DNA of 64,000 bases from Paragordius varius (taxonomy: Eukaryota; Animalia; Nematomorpha), in contig OZ176051.1 in NCBI GenBank assembly GCA_964247055.1, positions 1,488,001-1,552,000 of the forward strand, in the 5' to 3' direction. Below the pieces are notes generated by a model that was given only the letters and a program-made list of their open reading frames with translations, was not told where the DNA came from and did not search any database. Below, piece after piece: positions 40,042 through 50,700 of this stretch. The stretch's first letter is position 1, and each line of letters opens with the position of its first letter. The position numbers and the translations under genes are program-made.

Positions 40042-41594
40042 CGTATTAATACTAAATTAATTTTTAAATTTATAAAAAATATTTTTGTGTAAGAAATTAA
40101 TTTGGCTGTAATTTGGATATGTTTATTTTTTGTTGATTCTTATTTGATTAGGTACTACTATTGAAACATAAATTATTCAAATACAAAAATTAGGATTTTT
40201 ATTATTCAATTATGTATTTCATTTTTTGATGACTTATAGAGTTTTCTACAAAGCTCCTTCATATGCCGATGGATTTATATTTCAAGCCACATTATTGCCC
40301 AACTTAGAGTAAGCAATATTACTTATATAAAATTTTATCATTTTTTCTTAATTTTAAGATATACACTTAAATTTTAATACAAAATATTAAAACTAAATGA
40401 CTATTAATTACTTTTATAACAAAAACCATATTTCGTTGATCAATTTTATATGAAACCTTTAAAATACGATTGTAAAATATCATATAATCAAGTCATAAAA
40501 AAATTTTTGCCCCTAAAAATACGAGTCTTTGTTATGTTTCATTTATAATTTTATAGACATGGTTAAATAATTTTTTTATATTTGATCCAGAATGCCGGTT
40601 GACTGTTTGAAACCCTTGAATTGGGATGAAAAATCACAAGGGAGATATCGACCACCTCTGGGTTTCGGAAACAATATTACAGTTTTAACTGCTCCTCGAA
40701 GAGATATACATCCAGCTGGAAAACGATTAATGAAGTTATTATTTGTTTTTCTAAATTAGAAAACTACCATTTTTTTAAATCTAATGAATTTTTAATTTTT
40801 ATAATACAATATAATTGAAATTCACTATATTCTAATATAACCTAATGAATAATTTTTTTCAGTTCTTTTTTGATATTTTAACCAAATCTTTTATTCCCAC
40901 TTTTAATATTATTGCGATGGTTTTATATTAAATTAAAGATACATTTTAATATTCATATTATCTTAGCAAAGCATTGCAAGGTGCTATCAATCACAATACA
41001 AATTTATCACGTATGGGTGATGTGAACGAAACTCTTAGGAAACAAAATACGGCAGAAAGAAAAAATAATAATAATTATGCTTGGAATTATTCGGATGATA
41101 CATCATCCAACCATAATCGCAATCGTTATCAAAATGAACAACAACTGCCATACAACAATAATAATAATAATAGAACTATTTACGGTGTTGGTAAAAACTT
41201 AATGGATGATTTTACTGATTCATTTAGCAGAAAAATGCCAAGAAATGATCCATCAAACTTGAGAAATCGAACACAAACCCAACAACAATATTACACGGGT
41301 GGAGGAAATTTGAATAATATAACTCCTCCAATTTTACCAATCGCTAGAGCCATTCTTCATCAAGAACAACAACAAAGACCTTTCATTGCTAATCAATTGA
41401 ATAATCAACATTCCTTGTTAATTAATAATCTTATGATGTTGCAACAAGCGCCACCTATAAATAGATTTAATGTTCCACCACCACCTTATCAGCAGGCCAA
41501 TTATTTGAGTGATCGAAGGAGAGATTTTATTGGCACTAGTCGGCCACCACGTTCTAATACGTATTATGATGGAGCAAGGAATAGACCTTATTAA
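30699..41594 (+). CDS. XRN2: 5'-3' exoribonuclease 2, 20 exons
   Basis: [75 protein letters not shown], a zinc knuckle [65 protein letters not shown]. Intron lengths in order: 22, 385, 485, 519, 285, 481, 74, 77, 213, 640, 353, 318, 1561, 356, 441, 526, 343, 282, 232. Confidence 0.96.
30774..30795 (+). other. Tiny intron, 22 nt (GTATTTTTTATTGTAATCTCAG), XRN2 intron 1
   Basis: Unspliced reading hits TAA. This is the only in-frame acceptor linking ..CIENK to [19 protein letters not shown] at -8. Confidence 0.85.
39991..40036. repeat. (TA)23 microsatellite in an XRN2 intron
   Basis: Read directly from the sequence. Confidence 0.97.
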
Positions 41595-41664
41595 TTAATG
41601 TTTTCATTTTTCCCTTATATAAATCATTCTCAATCGACCGAATTATGTATGTATGTATGATAAA

Positions 41665-41714
41665 ATAAATCGAAAGGCGTTTAATGATTAACTTATTAAA
41701 ATGTTCAATTTATT
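41665..41714. terminator. Opposed candidate poly(A) signals of XRN2 (+, AATAAA 41665-41670) and PSMD1 (-, AATAAA 41709-41714)
   Basis: Both hexamers lie in the 169-bp gap between the convergent stop codons. Confidence 0.5.
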
Positions 41715-41763
41715 TAACAAAGCTGACAAATTAGTTATAAACAGATAAAATGAAAAAAAGATT

Positions 41764-44700
41764 TTATTCGCTTTCAATGTATTTAAAGGGTTCAGGTGGG
41801 GCGGGTTCTTCCCCTTCGTCTTCCTCCGTAGTTTTTGCAGTTGATGCTAAAAAGACATAAACTTTTCAATAATTATTTATGGATTGTTGATTTTAGAATT
41901 GTGATTGCATTTAAATACCAAGTAAACGGATAATAAGACCTTATATTTAATCTCTAAAATTGTAATAAAATCATATTTTTTCATTAAATTTCAATAATAT
42001 TGTTATAATAGTATAATACCAAAACAAATACTCGATGGGTTAACTTTATTTAGTGTAGTGCACTTTAATAATTTTTTCGAGTATTCATAAAAATAAATTA
42101 TTAACAAACTTGATATGATGGGTACAAATTCTTCAGGTACATTTTCCGTTTTATCATACAGCATGATAAAACCACCTTCCTTAATCTAAATAAGCAAAAG
42201 TTAAAATTTAGTAAAATAAAACGATTAATAATTATCAAGTAACACATACCGATTTCAAAGGTGCATATCTACAATCTGCGGGTAAATTGACAGTTTTCAA
42301 CTATAAAAAAATATTTATAATGTATAACAGTAAGATTTAAATTATAAAGACAAGACGTTAAAACATAGACAATAATTTTTTGCCATATTATTTAAAACCT
42401 CGATTATTCCCATATAAATTGGTTACAATTGTAAAATATATAATTAACATATCTGTTTCATACTTTGCAGTTAAAATCATTTATTTTTAATAAGTTCGAA
42501 TAAGTATAAAAGTCTTTTGAAAAAAATACTATATGTCTTTGTATATTTACATTTTGTATGTAAAATTTTAATTTTAATTCATATAATATATATACCTGTT
42601 CAGGCATAACTCTAGCAGGATTATGTAATATCGTGTGATGATTTGAATGTTTTAAAACATTTTCATTATTCGCGTTTTCTTTCACGGTTGGTAAGGCGGT
42701 CGTAGAGTCCTTTTTATCATCTTTTTCCTGTTATATACAATCAAAATTTGAAATATAATGACAAAACAGATATTATAAACGGTTTTGTTTTATAAAGAAA
42801 AGCATTAATATATTTCCTATTTCGCACCAATCGATAATTATAAAGAAGATCAAGGTTTAAAAATATGGCTTTCTCAATTTTACTTTTTAAGTTTTTTTTA
42901 TTATAAATTTCAATTGTTAGTGTAAAAGAATTAACAACCTTTTTTGTAGCCGCGGGAGAATCGGATAGTTTTTTCTTTTTCGCTTCATTTGCTGGAACAG
43001 GGCTCAAAATACCAACATTTTCCTTAAAATAAATTTTACAACACACAATTAATAATCTTTAATTGACATTTAAAATTCTTGATGTAAATATAAATCTTGG
43101 GTAATTTTGGTGGTTTTAAGTTGATAAAAATATATTAAGTCCTTTTGTTAAAATATAATTAGACAAGTCTTACTTTTTTATTTGAAAGCTAGATAATCAT
43201 TTACATTAATAGTTGCTAAAATGACAAAAATTTAATGTCAAATACTAATTAATTGCATTTTAGGATAATTTACTTTTTAATTAAATCTTTTCAGCAAATC
43301 AACAATAAAGAAATTATTGGTGGCAAAAGATTAAAGATGAGGATTATTCAAATTAACTATTAATTATGCAACTTAAAAACCAGATATCATCTGATATATA
43401 AATATTACGGAATTTTAGGGTTAAATGACACATTTTTTAAAATATGGTATTGGAGAAAAAATATTTTACATAAAAATAATTATTCTTTTGAACCTTCTTA
43501 GAGCTCTCGATATTCTTAGCTGGCTGGACCATTTGAGAAGTTTGAGGAACAACCTCCATAATGTGATCTTCGACAGGTTGAATCGCAGTTTGTGCGCGGG
43601 GGGGAACTTCTTTTTCGCTTGAGGTTTTGCCTTCTTTTTTATCGGACTAACAAAAAGATTTACGGAGATAAATGTACATTTTAATTAATTTAGTAATGTA
43701 AAATCACTATATATTTAAATCTCCTCTCCTATACATAATATATGGCTAATGATCTGTATGCTCCTTTAAAAAATTTTTAAATTTTAATTGATTAGGTTTT
43801 ACCCAATAATATAATCCACAAATGTATCTATAGGATTGATTAAATTATATTGTTCATTAATTTAAGCACACAATTACGGTAAAAATTAACTATAAAATGA
43901 TAACTTAAAAACTAGGATCTAATTTAAAAATCGGAAAACCACATGATGATCAGAATAAACTCATTATTTTATTAATTCTCCTTTATAAAAAATTTTTATG
44001 AAACCACTAAAAATATGCGCATACTGTTTTTTCGTCTTTACCAGTCAAACTACCATGATGACCAGTTTTCCCCTTTGCATAACTCAAAACTACGGTCGTA
44101 AGTCGCGTTTTTTCCTTAGTTTTGGGAGCTTCTAACATTGGTGGATACGCATAAGTCGTTGGTTTAGCGTTTGAAACGAAATCAATTTTAGGCATCTAAA
44201 AAACATAAATGTACAGTATAAATCAGCAATTAAAATACCATTTTAGACCTTTTTAGAAAATTTTTCTTATGATAATTTACTTTTCTTCATTACATATATT
44301 TCAAGAACTAACCTTTAAGTCCGCGTTAAGTCCTACCAAATGTGTCGGTTTGAAAGAAAGCGAAAGGAAATGTGAAAAAGGATACCAAAACCAAAATTGA
44401 GTGAATATCATTGTCCCGACCACAGCCAAAACATCCACATGTTGAGAATCAACGCCAGTTTTGTAATTTATGGTTGCGTTACGACCACCTAAAATATTTA
44501 ATGCGTAAGAATTATAAAATAAATTCATAAATACAACTAAACTTCGCTTAAAACTTTAATTAGTTAATGTTGTCTTTTTTATCATACTAAAAGCCAATAC
44601 TACAGAAATGAAAAAATGAATAAAAACAAAACATAAAAACTGAGAGACATATATTTTTACATAAAAAGCTAGCGATAACTTTGAATACCTAAAAATGATA

Positions 44701-47700
44701 TTACAATAATGTATTATTGTACCAATTTACATCTATATTCCCTATTTGCAACCAAACCAATGATTAACTTTTAAACATCAATATAAAATTATGGCTCTTT
44801 TTTAAAATTTGTTTATGTTTCTACGTATTTTTACCACAATTTCTAGTGTATGTTGAGGACGGAAAACCTATAAATGAATGGTTATTAATGCGATAAAAAT
44901 TAATAAGTTAGGAAAATTTCCAAAATAATTATGCATTTACATAATTAACCCGAATTTTTCACATCTTTTGTATTCAAAAAAAATCAGTAAATCCGTTAAT
45001 GCATTTTAAAAGTTTTCTCAATTAATTGTACCTGCATCGATGATACCCTGGGCAAATATTGCACCAAACTTTGCCATAATTTCTTCGTGTTTATCGCTGA
45101 CAATTTTGGCATACTTTTCACGGAACATAGTTGACTGAAAACATGTTAAATATAATTTAATAAAAAGATAAATTTTTGAACATGACAAGTTTTAAATGTT
45201 TGATTAGCTCGCTAAAAGAAAAATCGGTCTGAGCGCTTAAAAATGAGTCTTGTAAGGACATAACTAATTTCTATAAAAATTATGTTTTAAAGGATTAATA
45301 ATCAGGTTAAACCAATAATATTACAATGTTTTGAACATAATTTAAAGGCCATTAACACTTAATAAAATATTTGAATTTTCACATTTGTAAATATATTTAA
45401 ACACTAATTTTTAATTAAAAGCGTGATTACCTTGGGTTGCGTCACTTCATTTTGTTGAATGAGAATCATTGCAGATGCTATGAGAGCGCCCTGTCTTACA
45501 TAATTGGTTCCATCATCAACTAAAGGTTCCAACATACTAATTGCCTCCTAATATAAGGATTTACAACGGATATGTTAAACAAAACCCCATTAGATATGCA
45601 GTAAAACTAACTCTTAAAGAAAAAAAACAGTTTCACGAAAGATTTTCTATAACTTTTGCCCTTAATTTAATTTCTTCAATAATATTTTTTTCTGTTTTGG
45701 CATGTATAACTGCTGTATAAATTACCATGCATTATTGTTATTTTAAAACATTTGTATTTTTTAATTTAAATTATTTTTTTGGAATTTATATTTGTAAATT
45801 TATATTTTTCAATGAAATGTGGATTGTGTCAAACGCAAACTTCAATTATTGCATTTTAGTTAAAAAGTTATAAGGACCACCTTTAGAATTGAAAAGTGTC
45901 ATTAACCCCGTAAGAAAAATACTAATTTACAAATGTTTACTACATTGAAATATTTCAAGTTTAAGAATAATTTTTTTATTTTAACGCAATATATCTCACA
46001 TTTTTTTATCTTAAAAATCAAAGAGAAGTATTTATATACTTTCAATCCAGTTCCTGCACATGATATCCCTAAGGCTAAAGCAGCGCCATATCTTACATGG
46101 GGATTATAACTTTCAGACAAAAGACTCACAATACTCGGGCATTGTTCGGGTGTTCTTAAATACAAAAATACATTAAAAATAATTCTATAGACAAAGTAAG
46201 ACTGTAATTTAAAAAAGACACCCATATATTTTTAAATTTTCGTTTTTTAAAAAAAAGGGTCGCTGCGAAAAGAGGATTAAAGATAAAAATTGGTAATTCA
46301 CTCAATTATATATATAATTATATAATTATGTAGGATTAGTCATTTTGGAAAGTAATGTTGTCTTTTATAAAATTAAATGTAGTTTTTAGCTTTTATGTTA
46401 CTAGAACATTTTAATTTTTATTGTATATTTGTTTTAAAATAACTGGTTAAATGCATCTGAATATTTTCAAGAAATTATAACCAGATCATTTGGCAAATAC
46501 GATGTTAAAATCGGTTAAAAAGTTTTAAAATTATATGGTATTGACAACATAAAAACCTGATTATAAATTTAAAATCTAACAATTCTTTTTTGCAATATAA
46601 TTACATTTTATAATAATATTGATTTAACCATGGAAAAAACATAGTGAAATTTTTGAAAGGTTATTTTTATAAGGGGTAACACTCATCCCTATTTACAAAA
46701 ATTTATACTGTATAATAATAATAATAATAATATAAAGAGAGTTAATTTTTTTAATTTTTTTTAAAATAAATAAAAAAATATTATACTGGAACAATAGAAA
46801 TCCAATGCAAGTGACAGCAGAACGCTTGACATCATCATTAACGTCGGAAACCTGCATTAAAAAATAATTAAATATATTTCAGACCAAAAAAGAGCATTTT
46901 TCACAGTAATATTAATATAAATTAATTTTATAAAGTGCAACTCTCGTTTAATTAAAATATATGACAGACTCAAACTAGTTTTACAAGTATAATCAGATAG
47001 GTCTATACTCTAAACAAAGATTTAAAATATGGTTTAATGTCAAAATAATTATTCTTTCCCTTTTTACAGGTATAAAAATTACACAAAACAGAAAAAATAA
47101 AAATATCGAATTTTTCAAAATAAAATATCATTCCAATAATAGGAATAAAGTTAACAGTAAAACATATCATTTTTCACAATTATCATATAGATTAAATAGA
47201 AAAATCAAGGATTACAAATTGCTTATGGTATATTAATAGAATCGGTAATATTTATGTAGAAATAGTTGTTGAATTCTGTAAGATTTTTAGTTTAAGTTTT
47301 GTTTATTACAATTATAAATCAATGAATATGGTTTGCTCTGAATATTTTTTTCTAACTTTCTTAAATTTTTAGAGTCTCGTCATGGATTTCAAAATAAGGA
47401 AATTAATATTTTATATTTCACAATTATTTACACAATATATCATATCCAAATATAAAAACTCTTCAATTTTTTATCTATCAAATTTAAAAAAAAAGGGGGG
47501 GGGTGGGGGTAAAAAATTACAGCGATATGAAGGAGTCGTTTTAGGGCAGAATTATTGGCAGTTCCACAATAAGCCGTGGCAATGACATAAACTGCACATC
47601 GTCTCAGTAAGGCATCCTTCTCACCCAACAAAGTTTCAATCAGCGTTTCAGCTTGTTCCATCCTACCAAATTCAAGCAAAGCTATCCCCAGAATAAGACC

Positions 47701-50700
47701 ACGCGTTATTTTCTCGTGTCGCGTTTCTTTAGCATACTAACATAATATTTCATTTAAACAAAAAAATAAAAAATGTGTAAAAATTGTCAAATTAAAAAAT
47801 TGATTATATATTAAATTCACTTATGTTTTATTTATTTGTCAATATGCAACTGTTTAAAAAAAACATATTTTTAATTCTATATGGTTTGAAAAACTATAAT
47901 AATAAAATTGTATTATTTTCAAACGATCATTAGAGGTTGTATATATATATATATATTTATTCTAAAAAAGACATAAAAATTTATAATTATGTGTTTAAAA
48001 AAAATATTCTTCAGAATGAATATAGTTTAAAAAAATAAAAAGCTGGCTATCAAATGATATATTTTAGTAATAATATTATACTGTAATCATGTCATCTAAA
48101 ACCATTGAATGATCGGAACCGAGCATAACAAGACCCATCGCTAAGCCAGCAGCTTCGCCTTTAAATATTATTCACATTTATAAAAAATTAAATTTTGAGC
48201 TTTGGAAAAATAAAAATATTCCGATAATAATCGATAATAAATTTGTGTTATCGAAATATCATATTTTAGATTATATAATTATGTATTTGTTAAATAATTT
48301 TGGTATCTATTTAGTGGTGGCATCGATATTAAAGATAAACCTTAAAATTCTAATTTATGTTCGATTTGTAGGATGAATATCAATTTTACTGAAATAATAT
48401 ATTATTTAATTATTTTTAAAATGAAATCAATGCCAAAATATAATAAAAAATACGTTTCTCAATTTAGAAAAAAACCATAAATTCTAAGTTTCCATGTCTA
48501 TAAAAGCCAAAATATAATTTTTTTTAATTTTTCCAAAATTACCAATAACGGCATCATCTTGATATAATTGAGCTTTTAAAACTTCATAAACATCCATTCG
48601 ACAAGTCGAGATGGCAGCTAATCCAAGACCCAAACAGGCCCCATGTTTTATAATCTGAAATTTAAAAATTGCAAAAATGCAGAATTTTAATAATATGTTA
48701 AAAAAGATAGTTTTCTTATAAAAACAGCCATGCTTTTTTAAAGCCCAATTGTAATATTATATATGACAAATTTCTTTCAACAATTCCATATTTCAAAACG
48801 CAGTTATTGGAGATATAAATATTTAAAAGCTTCATTAAATGTTTCTTTTCTTTATGTAATTGTATATATAATTAGTCATAAAATTATTAATGTTAAAAAT
48901 TATGCATATACTTCAGATGTTGCGTTATTCAATTGTTGAATAAGGTATGCAATCACATTAGATCCGTGATTTACATTGATCAAACCTAAATAATGTAAAA
49001 ATTTGAGAATAAATTATTTTTATAAAATATTATGAAATACCAAATTTACAAAAATACTCTATTTATTCCCATATTTTTGGTAATTTTTGAATTTATAATA
49101 TAGTTTGATAAATAAATCTTTATAAAAATTTTATATTTAAGATGATTTTAATTTAGCTTACTTTAAAATTCTGAAGATTAGTTTTACAGATTTTGTTATA
49201 TCAAATGAATCTTTTTCCAAAAATTCAATGCTAAAGTTACCAAATCTTACTACTAAAAACTGATTTTCTTAAATGACTTTAAAAAAATGTTTTAAGAAAA
49301 AAAAAAGACCAATGGCATAAAGACTTCCGCCCTCAGAATATGGACTGCTGCTGGAATTCGAACTGGGTCCACTAGAAGAAGTCCCACTTTTAGGCAAATA
49401 CGTTGACATAATGTTCAAGGCTTCTTTAATATGTCCCTGGTAGAAAAAAAATATTTATAAAAAATATATTTAAACCCTATATAAAATAATTATGGACCCA
49501 CTATTTTATAAAAAATTCATCATTTCATAAGGTATAATTTTTTAAGTGATAATTGTTTATGTTAAATATACCATCACCACAAACTTTAATTTGTGCGTTT
49601 TATGCAACCTCAAAAAATTAATTAAATTATTTTATTTTTATCAAATATCTATGATTAATTACTTATATAATTCCATTTTTAACAGAAAAAATAATTTTAA
49701 ACCAGTTTAAAAAAAAACAGTAATTCATATTATACTTTGTGGACCACACCCAAACTGGCTGTTGCAGTAAATTTGGCCCAATTAGTAGCTTTTGCTAACC
49801 AATCCAAATTATTTCTAAAATGTATATATAGATAGAAAACAAATTATCACTATTGAAAAAGTATATTAAGTAATTAAAATTAAATTATCCATTCCTCTAA
49901 TTTGGAAAAAATAACTCCCTTTTAAAACTTATGTAAGCCTATATATTTAGTTAATAAATAACCATATGGCATAAAATTAATCAAAATCTTTTCTTCAATG
50001 AAAAAACCTTCAAAAAATTTGAAAAAAATTTCTCAAATAACCTCAAAAATTTATCATTAGTGGTTCCACAATTAGCAAAACCATGAGCTATGATAACTGC
50101 ATTGTGACAAATGCTATTTCTAACACTATCTTTGCTATTCTTAAGGATTTGTTGGTCAGTTCGATTGTTTTGAATCAAGAATTGAAGCTCCAATTGAACA
50201 GGCAAATCACCTGTTAGCAAGGTATCCAAGTGTGTTGCGTGTTCTCGATTCAATTTACAACTCGATAAACTATCCTGCGCAAAGACCAAGGCGATAAATA
50301 AAATTGATACTTAAAAGGCCGTTTTTTTGTTCAAAAACAGTACAGCAAATTTTCACTAGTAAAAACTCAAAAAACAGTTATATTAATTTAAAAACAAAGT
50401 TATTTTCGTACAAAACACACTACTTTATTTTAATGGAATAAGGCGATAAATAAAATTGATACTTAAAAGGCCGTTTTTTTGTTCAAAAACAGTACAGCAA
50501 ATTTTCACTAGTAAAAACTCAAAAAACAGTTATATTAATTTAAAAACAAAGTTATTTTCGTACAAAACACACTACTTTATTTTAATGGAATAAGGCGATA
50601 AATAAAATTGATACTTAAAAGGCCGTTTTTTTGTTCAAAAACAGTACAGCAAATTTTCACTAGTAAAAACTCAAAAAACAGTTATATTAATTTAAAAAAA

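Noticed and set aside
39796-40092. ORF containing YIYIYIYI
   Set aside because: It is XRN2 exon 17 read through into an intron with a (TA)23 microsatellite.
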